Source: Kudoa neothunni (lineage: Eukaryota > Animalia > Cnidaria). From it: 37,183 nucleotides of DNA. Shown here piece by piece: positions 12,762 through 25,895 of this stretch. The DNA lies in NCBI GenBank assembly GCA_964304625.1, contig OZ199838.1, positions 3,274,856-3,312,038 on the forward strand, written 5' to 3'. The translations under genes were made by a program, and so were the position numbers. The first letter of the stretch is position 1, and each line of letters opens with the position of its first letter. The notes under the pieces were generated by a model that saw only the letters and a list, made by a program, of their open reading frames with translations, did no database searches and was not told where the DNA came from.

Positions 12762-13931
12762 GATTGGTGGCAACCTAATAATGCCAACGTGTGATTTTTG
12801 TAGTCAGCTTATTACTATGATTCAACAAAATCACAAATACGAAGTTACAACCTTAATATAATTTTTTTATCTTATATTTACGATACGCGAATACTACCGA
12901 TAATTTAAATCGCTCGAAAATCGCACATTTTCTCACAAATTATTCCACCAGTTGTTGTTGAACTCACTGCCAAAAATATTCGATTGGTTGTTCTATGTTG
13001 TGGACGAATGTTCTACGACACATTATATTGGATAAATACACATTTATTGATAATCTTGTTAATCTCTAATTTTCCCTATGTCGATGATTCGTCCAAGTTT
13101 ATCCGATTGTTAATCTGATTTCCCCATAGTCAAAGAACATTTAAGCTGACAGTGCCACTGTGCCGATAATTTTCAATCCATTTAGATATTCTCTAGATGA
13201 GACTGTTTAAGTATTGTACTGTAAGATTATTATCATTACATGTTGTTGAATGTTTATAATTGTTTAGACTCTCTACTAACAAATACTGCTCAACATATTG
13301 ATCCTATGTGAAATAAAAGTGCCGCCTAATTTTTCTGTATAAGTTGTGAACATTAGGATTAATTTTTTTTTGTTATCCGTTGAGAGTTTGACCAATAAGT
13401 TAAAAGTGTTGGTCTATTTGTGGTTGTATGTGGTTTCATCGAATGGAACATTTGAGTGATATTTTGTTGCAATGATTACTCATAGATTATGCACATATCA
13501 CATCACATATGTTGGGTATTTCAGTTAAATATTAATAGAGATTAAAATTTTTCTCAACGGCGCATGCATACGATTAAATATTTGGATAAAAATCCCTTAA
13601 TTTTTGGAGGGGTATTTAGGTTAAAATAGACAAAATAAACAAAGTTTGAAATCCCATATCAGTTACTTGTTTACATAGTACAACCGGTGCAAATAATGGT
13701 ATATTACTAGTTTCTTCAGGAATCAGCGGGAGATTACAGAAAATGCGCTAAATAGTATTTGTTGTAATTTTTAGATTTGGGACAATATTAAATATTTTTG
13801 GAGCCTTAATGTTGCACCAGAAGATAAAATATACCAAAATGCCGTATTAGACTAAAAGTTCACATCTCCAGGATGATTAATGACTAAATAGGTGCGTATG
13901 CATGCATAGCTTAGAACATGCTTATTTTTAT

Positions 13932-16495
13932 GGCAGTGGCTTTTGCTACGGATCCGTATAATCCGCGTGCGGGGGTTGTCTATGGTTACCGGAGGAATAA
14001 CTCCGAATCTACAAATTCACATAAAATTTGAAATTCACATTTGTAATGAATGGTTTTTGGCCTTATATAATTGAAAGTTTTAAAGAAAAATACATCATTT
14101 AAAAATATTCAATATTGTAAGAAGTTTTGGGTTAAAAAAACTTCAGTTCACATTTTTAACGGTTAATAAAATTAATATGAAATATCATTTACGTAAAATT
14201 AGCTAATAAGAAGAATACTCAAATGAAATAAACCATTTTGACTCATATTAACATATTAATATGAGTTTGCACCATGAAACGTTTTTAATTTTGTGCCAAC
14301 TGCTCACTTATTTTAAATGGGCGGCATATTTGTGTAATTTTAATATTTAAAACAGTTAGGAAGTGAATTATTAATTTATGAAAATTCTTAAGCGCATGAG
14401 TAGAAATATTTTATTGGACTGATTATGATACAATTTTTGTGTTTGAATAAAACTTTTTTTTTATAAAAAGTTAGTATTTTAAATAGATATTATATTTTTT
14501 TATAGGTTTTTTTTAGAAATAACAATGACCGTTAGCCTAGATTCTTTAGGCCAGGGGTTCCCAACCGGGGATGCCCACACCTTAGGGGATGAGAACTTTG
14601 GTCTCGGGAGGTGCGAGATCAGATCAAAATGGAGAATAATTTTTGATAAATTTTAAGTCAGTTACACCTTATCGTATGCAAATGGGGGTACTACGAGTCT
14701 AATTTTTGTTGGAAAGCGCTGCTTTAGGTCGTCCGATTGCTCTCACTCTCACTCTAGGTGGGAATGATAATGCTAACTAATATTGGTTAACATTTTAATG
14801 ATTTTATTTCGTAATATTTTGTATTTTGTGCTAACTTCTCTTTTAAATATTTGGCTTACACTAAGTTTACAGGTAACAGGGGATATCTGAAGAGACAATT
14901 CTCAAAAATTCCCTTACTTTATGTCCTCAACCGTAACAACGATACATAATTTTTTATTCAAATATGAAGAATTATAAAACTTGATTCAATAAACCATCAA
15001 TGTCTGCTTGAATTTTTTAATACATAATGCATGCTTAATTCATGCGAGATTCTCAAATAGGATCGTTCGCAGCAGTTAAATACATGGGTGCGCTAATATG
15101 AACACTAATTGTAGAATTTATCCAAAATATTTGATTTTACAATCATCGCGAGTTCGAAAGTTTACGTATTGCTTTTGTTAACACAAATTTTCAACAAAAT
15201 TGAAGAGTTAATCGCATTAGGTGATAAACCAAAAATAATCAGGTAACAATATTATTGTCACTTTTTATAATTTTAATATCGCAATTAAAATTGTGAGTTA
15301 ACATGTTGATAGCTGTATATACATGCATGTCGGGTATTCCCCTTGTTTTCTCATTGTGTAAGGATTTTTTTATTGTGACATTTTTACTCGTTTCATAGCA
15401 TAACATTTGTTGTGTACACTTTTTATTAGATCCAAATGGTTTTAATTCAAAAAAATGAATATGTATCTTATTTAAGAATATGATTATGAAAATTTTCTCG
15501 TATAGTTACTAGCTCAAAAAGTATTGCTGGAGAGGCAGTTACCTCTATATGTCGACGATTTTTGTTATCTTTAAGATTTCATTTATATAGAGAGTCAAAA
15601 AGAACACAAACGTTATTTTGTAGTAAATCAAAGCTTTATTAAAATATTTTAGAATTTTTGTATCTTTCGCTATTCCCTCATTTTTAATTTGTAGGAAAAA
15701 AGATGGTCATGACGATTAATATGACTTTTAAAGAGTTATATAAGTCAACTTTCAATCCAGGAGAGGATTCCATCGTGCAAATGACGCTACAGTGAAAACT
15801 TAGATTCCCACACAAGTTACCGTAATCATATCATGAATACAAAACGTGTTTCCTTCTGTTGTGGACATTAATTCCAGATAACGCATTAGAGTAAAATTTT
15901 AGTTTTTTTTAAAATTAGTATGTTATTAAAACTAATAATTTATCCATATTTGGAGCAATAACATTTAAAAAAATAGAATTAAGCTCACCGCTATTTAAAT
16001 GAAATGCACACTGTAAGCTTCTATACTGATTTTAACTATAAAATTAAACGTTACTTTAAATATATTTACTGAATTCACCACATAAATACTCTAATCGTTT
16101 TCCATGAATGGCGGTAATACTTAATAAACTTTGTAGATATGTAATAATAGAGCCATAAATATAATCTATAAATAAAATATATATATATATATATAACAAA
16201 TACAACTGTATCATTTTATAAAAACATAATTAAGCATATTTTAACAGATTACATTAGCTGAGCTAGATTAAACATATTAGATACAATTAGAGGCGATAGA
16301 TGATAGATAGGGTGGATGTTTTGTACATAAAACACGAAATTTATAGTCACAATATTAGAAATTTCAATAGCTCAAATGTTCTCCAAAATAGTTGTTTATG
16401 TTAGGCCGATAATTATTAATTACAACTGTGAATTTCAAATTTTACGTGAATTTGTAGATTTGGAGTTATTCCCTCCCGTAGCAATAGTCAGTGCC
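13932..16495. mobile_element. Non-autonomous DNA transposon with GGCA-starting TIRs and 9-bp TSD (Merlin- or MULE-like), 2564 bp
   Basis: Left GGCAGTGGCTTTTGCTACGG...GGAATAACTCCGAATCTACAAATTCACATAAAATTTGAAATTCACA; right reverse complement GGCACTGACTATTGCTACGG-GAGGGAATAACTCCAAATCTACAAATTCACGTAAAATTTGAAATTCACA. TATTTTTAT is duplicated at 13923-13931 and 16496-16504. Confidence 0.85.
14552..14721. mobile_element. 170-bp hAT (Charlie-like) MITE nested in the 2.56-kb element
   Basis: Ends CAGGGGTTCCCAAC and GTTGGAAAGCGCTG (reverse complement CAGCGCTTTCCAAC). 8-bp TSD CTTTAGGC / CTTTAGGT. Confidence 0.85.
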
Positions 16496-17229
16496 TATTT
16501 TTATTGTTGGCTTCACAGTATATTATGAGAATAATCTTTGGAATAAAAATAAATCAACTAATGATCAGGATATTTTATTATATGCTCAAATTTAGTTGAA
16601 AATCTATTTATATACTTTCGCAAAACAAATGTGCTTAAAAAATATTATTTCATTAAAAATTTGTTTATTCTACTATAAAAATGTTGTTACAACCGATAAA
16701 TAATAAAGAAGATTTACATAATATACATAATTGCGAAATAATTAGAATTACTAAATTTCGGTTACATATCATGTAATTTAATTAAATATTTTTTATTTAA
16801 TTTTTCTCCACACAAAAAACTACTTTTATTAACTCCATTATTAGCAATTTAAGTGTTGTTATGATAATAAATGATCATCTTTAATCAAAAATGCTATCTA
16901 AATTATTTTCCATTCATTAGGAAATGAAAAAATATCATACAGGCGGCAAAATTCAGTTAACGCTTGAATTCGCGCCTCCACCTTTTTTAATTTTGTTGCG
17001 ATAATTGTTATATTTGGTGCATTCACTCCAGACTTGTTATAACTTTGCTATATCAGTCGATTTATAATATGGTTTTAAAAACTTAAATGTAATTCTATTG
17101 AAAATACACAAAATATAACAATTTTTACAGTAAAATTTATAATTAAACAATATAACAGTGATTCGTGAACTCTAAAGTTATTCTCTAAGGGTTAAATTAA
17201 ATTCTAATACAAGATTACTTCCTTGTAGA

Positions 17230-17280
17230 TGAATAGGTGAATAGGTGAATAAGTGAATAAGTTAATTAGTGAGCAGGTGA
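17230..17280. repeat. Degenerating 8-bp tandem repeat (TGAATARG)
   Basis: GAATAGGT GAATAGGT GAATAAGT GAATAAGT TAATTAGT GAGCAGGT. Confidence 0.8.
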
Positions 17281-18256
17281 GTTGCGATATTTTAAATAAT
17301 GCTAAATTATCTCCGAGAGTTTGCAACTATATATTTTATTTTCTAAGTATACGATATATTTTATTTATTTTACATCAGTCAGAATATGTGTAGATTACTT
17401 ATTAGAAATTTGTTAAAATTATAACCAAAAATATTCGATGACTGTTTAATTTACAAATTAATCCGATTATAATAAAAGGCTGTTACTGTAAGATCTGAAA
17501 AATTTAACCTTACAATTAAAGATTGGTTTTATTTAATTATGAGTAATCCATAATAACATAATTATGGGTTAAAAATAATAAAATATAGTGGAACATAAAA
17601 AATAAGGCATATCTGTAAACTGTAAGTTCATTTTATTCGGAGTTCATATATGTGTAATTTCTATTTAAGACAGAAGTTTCTAGCGTAAGTTTTGTGTCTA
17701 CCTCCTGTGATAAACTAGAAGTTCCCAGTGCAATTTTGATGAATGATTCACGAATTTCAAAGTTAATTTTGAAAATCAATCAAATAAGGCTATAAAGAGG
17801 GTAAAGCATAGGAATATATTAAAATACTTCATTTTTAGAGATTTAATTTTACAACAAATTATGTTTTAATTTCATTATTTTAATAAAAATCTAAAACAAA
17901 TATTTAAAAATTGTGATTGAAATTATTTATTAAAACAGTATTAATTCGTGAATAAACCAATAAGAAGAAGTTGAAAAAATATAATCAATCTAATGTTTGT
18001 ATTCGAGTTGATTAGGCAAAAAATTGAGATTATTTATAAAGCATTCTAATGAATATAAAAATGGATTCTCGCAATTTTAAACATTGGATGGAAAGCATTA
18101 ATATGGAGCGAAAAAATTATCAAATACGAAACATTAAAGTAAGTAAGTGTACATATAAAGAAAATTTTAAAGTCAAAGAAAAGATTACAAACAACTTAAT
18201 ATTTAATCGAATTTGTATTGTAAGAATTCATTTCTTTAATAAAAAAATTAATTTGA

Positions 18257-21223
18257 TTAATTAAGCTTTTTTGTAGCCACAATAAAAGCTTCTTGGGGGA
18301 CTTGAATATTACCAAAGAATTTTAAACGCCTTTTGCCTTGTTTTTGTTGTTCTAACAGCTTTTTTCTACGCGATACATCTCCACCATACTAAAACAACGT
18401 AAGAGATACATAGGGAAGCAAGAGATACAAGATGTTGAGTGACATCCTTTCTAAGTGGTTTAATTCTACAATCGGTAATATTAAGTCTTAGCAACGTAAA
18501 CAAATGTACAATGAACGAGAAATCGTTTTATTTCCAATAACAACTCGAACATCAATATCAAATTGATGTCGAGGAATAATATCTTTGAGCGACTTGCAGT
18601 AGCTATCGGCAAGATCTTTAGCTCTCTCTTTCAATACAATTCTGCTGAGTGGTGGAATTTTCTTTGCATTCAAAGTAACATCAATCTATACAAAGAAACT
18701 TTTGTTATCACAAAATTATCAATTTCGACTACTTTTTGCAATGAAACGGTTTTATAATCTGCTTCCTCGTATTTGAAACTAGAATTTTAATTGTTTAAAG
18801 TAATCAAATATACGTGAACAAACAGAGAACATCACGAAAAATACCTCGCATATCCAGAGCTTACACGTTTGATTACATCAAAAGTGTCCACAATTATTTC
18901 AGCCAATGGTACGAGGATTTTAAGCATTACGCAATTATCACCAATATCTTCAATTTCCATTATCTCACCTCTACATTTCTTAAATATTTTTTATTAATAT
19001 GCAAACTCATTAAAATAAATAAATAAATGAATAAAACTCAACTCGATAACATTTAAACAGTGTAACATAGATGGAACATTAGGCAACCTACTCGAAAATG
19101 TTGTTCGATTGGCTCAAATGAAAACGAAGGGCAAACCACAATAGCATTTGCATAAGGTTCGAAAAATTCTTCCACACTCGTCGTCTCGGGAAACTATTCA
19201 TAATAAGTGACCGAATAATTTCAATGAACAGTTTACATCATCGGGTGAGCAAATTTCCAGCATTTGTCCAGATTTTAGTTTGGCTAAAGTATCACATATT
19301 ATTTGATTAGATCAATTTAACTTTATTGCCTTGATAAGATACAGACGGAGTGGTTATAATTAGGTTTTGTTGGAACTCTTGTTCTAATCGTTGTTGGAAA
19401 ATTTCCATGTGTAAGGAGCCGAGAAATCCAGCTCTCCATCCGTTGCCTAGAGCATCACTAGAGCGAATAATTATTCACATAACTTTGTATAAAAAGACCT
19501 TTTTTGCGGTACTACAACTACACTGGAGTCATTCAACAAAAGTTTATTAACAGCCATCCTTAATTCGTCATATTGTTGAGGTTCTGTTGGAAAAATCCCA
19601 GCGTAGATCTATATTCCATTCAGATAGTGACAAATAAAAGAATTAATATAAAAAATACAGTTGGTTTTGGTGGAGATAGCATCAAATCCAATTGATACTT
19701 CAAGCCACTTTCCACATTATAGAATACATCTCCTATAACAGCTTCTTTTGGTTGTTTCATGCCAAGTATTGCATATCCTACTTGACCTGAGTATCTTAGA
19801 TAAAAAGCGGTTTCAACCCAGCATTGACAATATTTTAATGTTACAATGTTGTAGTTTTTATAGATAAAACACTAAGTATTCCCAGCTCCTTAACTACATA
19901 CGACGCTTCAGTGCATTTACTTCTAACTGTAGAGCCTGAACATAGCGTCAAAGTGTCGAATGTTAAACAGCTATGAAAATACCAACTTGGATGAAACCTC
20001 TCTCAACCGCCAAAACACACACAACTCCTTTTCGATTATCAAACCACATATCATAAAGTCTACCGAAGAACGCTTCGTTTCGATGTGCATCATTAGGACT
20101 ATTTATTGTTATTTAAAATAAGTTTAATTAACGTTAGTTTACGTTGGAATTCTGCTAACAATAGCATCGATAATTTCTACTACACCGATAGATTTCTTCG
20201 CGGATGCCTTAAAGTTGGTAGATAATATATAAACTCAAAATACGATCATTATTACACAAAGTATTTCTCTCTCAACAAATCCAAACCTATCGCAAAGTTG
20301 TTGGATAGTGCCTTCTACATTTGCATTTTTCATATCAATCTATTAGAGGCGGAATTATAGAAAAAACCGAATCTTGAACAATCAAGTTAAATTTATTATG
20401 TGCAGGATATCAAACGCGCAAATAAACTTTTTTTAAATTCATATTAATATTGTGATGTGAGTCAAAAAATATATTTACTTTATTAATGACGGGTACTATT
20501 ATTTTATTCTGATTCAAAACCAGCTCAAAATTTGAAACTGTTTGAGCCTCAATTCCCTACAAATATATATATATATAAATATAATCTGAAGAAATAAAAC
20601 CAACTACCCTAGTAGCGTCAACCAGCAATATTGCACCATCACATGCGGCTACAATCGACCTAGACACCTCATAACTAAAGTCCACATGCCCCTACGCATC
20701 GAAGTAACCATCACATATATTTGGAACCAACAACAACTACTGGTGTATCTATCAGATTCAAAAGATAACGAGTGTTGTTTGTCGTATACACTGCTGAGAT
20801 GGTCTAATATATCGAAAGGATATTCAATCGATAATTCACCAGCTGTTACTTTAGCTTTAACAGTTATTCCGCGCTGAATTTCCACACTTAAATTATCTAT
20901 TTGTTGTGGTTTTGAATTTGGTTCATTGAGAGCACCTTAAAAGAAACATTATTCCTGTGAACTATCCTACACACACACAAGAATCTACCAACGGTCTTTA
21001 AAATTCTATCAGCCAATGTGCTTTTTCCATGATCAATATGAGCAACTATTCCAAAGTTTCGAATGTATTTTGTGGGAATTACGCCTTTATATTGGTTGAT
21101 AAATTTCTCAAAATTGCTATGGTAGTTTTCGCATGATTTAAGCAAATCTGGTGATTTTATATCACTTAATAATCGACGATTTTTTAAACACATATCGCCA
21201 TAATATTTAAATAGATTTTCCAT
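18257..21223 (-). CDS. GUF1: Mitochondrial translation factor GUF1 (LepA/EF4), 19 exons
   Basis: [126 protein letters not shown]. Eighteen introns (17 GT-AG, 1 GC-AG) keep the frame to TAA ending at 18257. Confidence 0.97.
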
Positions 21224-21266
21224 GTGAATATTGGTGCATGCGCGAAATAAAAGCTACATTTATGCA
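21224..21266. promoter_or_regulatory. 43-nt divergent intergenic spacer, candidate bidirectional promoter
   Basis: Lies between the GUF1 ATG (21223, -) and the ZCCHC10 ATG (21267, +). Contains TGCATGCGCG (NRF1-like) overlapping GCGCGAAA (E2F-like, 21240-21247). Confidence 0.6.
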
Positions 21267-21789
21267 ATGTCCGATCTAACTAAAAAGTTTCTGGAAGAGA
21301 AAAAGCGGTTTATGGATATTTGAAGGTGGATGGATTTAGTAATTTGGATTTAGCGCGGAAGAATGTAAAAATGCGAGATGCCAAAAGTGTTTAGAATCCG
21401 GCCATTGGACATATCAATGCACAAACCCAAGAAAGTACATTTCAAAACCTAGCAGAACCCAACTTTTTAAGAGGAAAGCAAAAATGCTCGAGCTGATGAA
21501 GAAAGCGAAAGAACTAGCGTAATTTTGTCGGCTACCTTGTGAAGATGTTGTTCATTGGTGTTTAGGGAGAAAGAAGCTGATGTGAAGTATTTGATTTAGA
21601 TTGTTAAGTAGTTGACAGCTTCTAAGGTCTAAAAAAGCAACCAAATATCCAAGAAGTAATTCCGAAAGTGATGACAATTCGTCTGGTGACAGTTCTTCCG
21701 ATTCGGATTCATCATCTGATGGTCAATCATCGTCTGATGACAACGTTAGAAAATCAAAGGTCGTTGCAAAAGCCGGGAAAAGAAATTAA
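21267..21789 (+). CDS. ZCCHC10: ZCCHC10-like zinc-knuckle protein, 4 exons (absent from the ORF track)
   Basis: ARCQKCLESGHWTYQCTNPRKYISKPSRTQLFK matches the ZCCHC10 motif RCQKCLExGHWTYEC..RKYxxRPSRT. Ser/Asp-rich tail. Three GT-AG introns, including a 21-nt exon. Confidence 0.9.
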
Positions 21790-22194
21790 TTCTTATGAGA
21801 GCGTTTTATTAAAAATTGTATTATATCGAATTTGAATTTTATCCGTCTTAAATTAGCTCGATTTTTTGTTTCTTATGCGTTATGAGTTTGTAATGTATTC
21901 ATTCAAGTAGATTAGTTATATTTAGAAAACGTAAATTATAGAGAATTAAATAATTGATGCAATTTATTTTTAATTTCCAAAAAATGTGGGGGGTTAGTTT
22001 CTAAAGTAAAAATATTAAAAAATCTATTTTTGTGCGTTCAATGTTAAATGTTGAATACACAATAACAATAGCAATAATTTTAATGAGATGACAGGTATAA
22101 ATTAAATTGAAAAATTAGTAACGAATCGTGAATGGTGAATCGTGGGTAGAATAAATAGCTTGAAAGAGGAGTGTCTGAATTTTTGATACGAGGA

Positions 22195-22460
22195 CCGCAT
22201 AAAACTCACCTCTCTCGTCGTTGCTTTATTTTCGTGTAAAATTCTGAGAGATTATATGCCTAGACCAAATATGTTCTATAAGAGTGTTTATATTTCTTTT
22301 TATTAACTATTCCTGAGTTTTTTGAATACTTGGATTAATATTTTGTTTCATTATTTTTACGACTATTGAATACATTAAGCATTGCGATGACATTTTCGCA
22401 TACAACACATGATTTTGTTGTCTAATCTAATAACAAAATAATCTGTATCGCTTTTCATTA
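22195..22460 (-). pseudogene. hAT transposase N-terminal fragment (GTF2IRD2/SPIN/Charlie-like)
   Basis: Across frameshifts: TDYFVIRLDNK / CVVCENVIAMLNVFNSRKNNETKY*SKYS / LHENKATTREVSFM. This resembles the DYFF..KPxCLxC..AVLKEYNLRRHYETKH...ENEAATxASF region of these transposases. Confidence 0.6.
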
Positions 22461-24254
22461 AAGGTTCTGCACTCAATGTGAAATCATCTTTTTCTTCCTC
22501 CAATCAATATCTCTTCTCTGATGTTTAAAATTTACAATTTACACAAACCTATTCAGCTACTTGAGCTTGTGTGACAATCAACTTTATAAAAGTGTTACGT
22601 ATGCAAACAGATGGCGAGAAGTCGCCGGGAGTCCATTGCTTGGAGTTTTTATTGCATTTTCCTTCTAAATTTGTTGTGTTTTTGTCGTTGATTATCGCTA
22701 AGTTTCTAATTTTTCAGCGAAAAACGAACGCTACATTGATCAACAGAGTGCCCAGGAAAAGTTTGCAAATCGATACGTCGCGTGATTTTGGCTACTTATT
22801 TTACATCATTTACAATCTATTATTTGAACTAAAATTACCGTTATGTAATACATATTTTTTTATATAAATATTGGAAATATTTAGAGTTGTAATTGAATAA
22901 AGTCACAAAAGTGTGCAAAATCGATTACCAACTGTATTATTATTATTATTATTATTTATTATTATTAACAAATACAGTGCCGAAAAAAAACTACTGGTGA
23001 TGGGTGATAAAACAATGATAGGTAAAAAAAATGAAAATAATCAACAGGTTCGATTTTCATTATAGTTGTTGATTTGGATTACGGCCATTATTACACATTT
23101 ATAACTAAATAAACCAAGGTTAGGCAACCGATATGACCGAAAAAGCCAACTATTGATGTTAGGAAAAATTCTTCTACTTCCGGAGCTACACGTTAAATTT
23201 AGGCCCGAAAATCAAAATATTTAACTTAAAACCATAAGAGTATACATTTCAGAAAAATCTGGAGAAAATTATCCAATTAGTCTATTTACACATTTCTCTA
23301 TTATTTTTATTAGTAACATTTTAATGCAAGGAGAGATAATAAAAGTAAACAAAGTATGCACTTGAATTTGTCTGATTACTTCAAATAATATTGTAATTTG
23401 GTTTTCGATCATTTCCACATTGATGTATTAGAAATTTTTTGTCATTGACTACTTTACAACAAATTGTTGACAATAATATTCATTTTTAAGAATATTATTG
23501 TCGACAAAAAGAAATTTCCAACCATATAATTTAATCTTTTAAAATTTGAAGAGTTAGTTTTTAGTGTATTTTCCTGAATTTAAATATTTTAACGACATAT
23601 TTCATTTTACGTTTTACATCTTACATGGGATTTTCTCCGTATTAAAAACTAAAGATAGCTTAATATCACAAGAGAATTCTTTTTAATGGATAAAATTTAA
23701 TAAAAATACATGTATAACTACTTTTTTATGTAAAAAAGTTGATTCAACAAAATTTATAAACCAGAAAAACTATCGACACTTTCATAAGTGTAATTTAAAG
23801 GTTTTCAAAATATTGTGAATATCAGCAAATAAGATGTATTTGTATAATGCTCGAAAAATTTATTTTTAAGTAGTCTCAGCTTATTAATAATCTTTTTATC
23901 AGGGAGAAATTTTGATTAATGATATAAAATAATTTTTTGATTTAAAACTGTAGATAAAATTGAGAAAATTGAGAGTTATTTTACCTCGTTAATTATTGCA
24001 TATGCATAGAACTATGTTATATAAGGAGTTTTTAATATTTATATGTTATTTATCTTTTCTGAATCCTTCCTTTCTATATTTAGCTTTTAAGTTGCAAATT
24101 AAGAAAATTAATTCAAGTTGGTGAAGTTGGAATACCGTACATTCATTTCAATACACATATATTTCCGTTAAAAATGATTTATGTCCGGTTAAAACTCAAA
24201 ATTTAAACGTAATAATGAGATCAGCGACTAGGAATTATATAATTTCTTCGCGAT

Positions 24255-24913
24255 TTAACCTTAGATATTGCAGTTCGTATTATGTACGTAAGTTGAGGAG
24301 TCGTAGGTTGCCGACCCCTCCTGCTCTAAACTACCCCATATTTGCTATTCAATGAAGTATCGTATATGCCCCCCTCATCGTCTTAATCAGTTTCGTAAGA
24401 CACATCCTCATACTCACTACCGGATGACGTATTGTTATGAAATAAAAAAATCAAATTTGGAATCCATAGATATTATCCTGATACTAAATTAGTACTGAAG
24501 AAAAAAAAATTCTATATTAACCAGCGCAATCCATTGCAGAAACTGCGCATGAGCAATATTCGATTAGGTTGCGCACGATTAATTCAAGGATTATTTGGGA
24601 TTTTCCCTAGAATTCTGCGGTTAAAATTTTGTAATATCTATCACAACTAATTTAATTAATTTTATGTACAAAATGGTTAAATAAAAAGATGGGGTTGATT
24701 CGACCCCAAATGATTTTTGGAGGGGATCCTTCAAATTTTGGCCACATAAAAAACCTAAACTATCTAATTTTCATCCGTTAAATAGAAGAATATATTTTTG
24801 GAAAATTTCTTGAATTCAAGAACATTAGAATTAAGGGAGAAAAAAATTTTACGTTATTCAATTTTACTTTGGGGTCGAGTCGACTGCAGTGTCGTTTCTC
24901 GTTAGAGGGTAAA
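24255..24913. mobile_element. Possible degenerate piggyBac-like non-autonomous element
   Basis: TTAA-CCT left end and AGGG-TAAA right end. Internal GGGGTTGATTCGACCCC (24691-24707) and GGGGTCGAGTCGAC (24871) palindromic motifs. The TIR match is weak. Confidence 0.3.
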
Positions 24914-25895
24914 TATAGTTTTTAAGGATTCAACCCATTTTAAAATATTCATATTTTATTTATTTTGTATATAAAAAACTAATTACTTTATGATTTTTTT
25001 ATTTGCTGCACCATTTTAAATAACATTTTGGTATTTTTTATATGAATATTAATGAGATATAATTATCATTCTAGTTTTTATACGCTAAAAAATAGAGAAT
25101 AATCGACTGAAAATGTGATTTAATTTTCAGTAAAATTCATCAAATAACTATAACTCTTACTTACCAAATGTGTCTCAGCTTCGATTTCGCACGACACGAA
25201 TCGCACAAGACATACGTTCAAGAGAGATTCCAATTACGTAGAGTCTTTAAATTACGCTCGAAGAAGCAGGCATGTCTATAATTTTTTCGTTGGCTCAAGG
25301 TATGAATCTTCAGAAACCCTGTTTTCAAGTTAAAAATGACATGCACACCACGAACTTATATATAAATATAAACATTTTTAATTACATTTGTAAAATATTA
25401 TAAAATTTAAGGTAAAATCTTACGATTGGATAAATTCCTTAAGTTTATAAGTAGTGAGAATGATGATTTTAATCGCTTCGATTTAGAAACTAAAAACTCT
25501 TTTCAACATTGGAATAAGCAGGTTTATATATATACATATATATATTACGGTGTTATCTATTAAATTAAAGTGTAATTTTATGCATGTATTTTTAATTGTA
25601 ACAAATGTATAAAAGCTAATTTTAATTGACCTGGTGATTGTGTAGTCTTAGAGCATTCCTAACACTAACACAATAATAGTATGCAGAAGAATGATGTGGA
25701 AATTTGTCACTTAGGTGATTTGTTATAGATACCTAGAGCATTGTAGGACAAATGTGTAGGAGTTTCTGAGTATGCCAAATAATGTGTGTATTGTTGAGGT
25801 GTAAAACAAAACAATCAAATATTTCACAACAACATAATAACCCAGCTAACAATCTCAACACCTCAAACAGGTAGTATAGAAACTCAGCGAAGCAG

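Noticed and set aside
22571-22867. 98-aa plus-strand ORF
   Set aside because: No ATG-anchored motif or intron structure; lies next to the opposite-strand hAT remnant.
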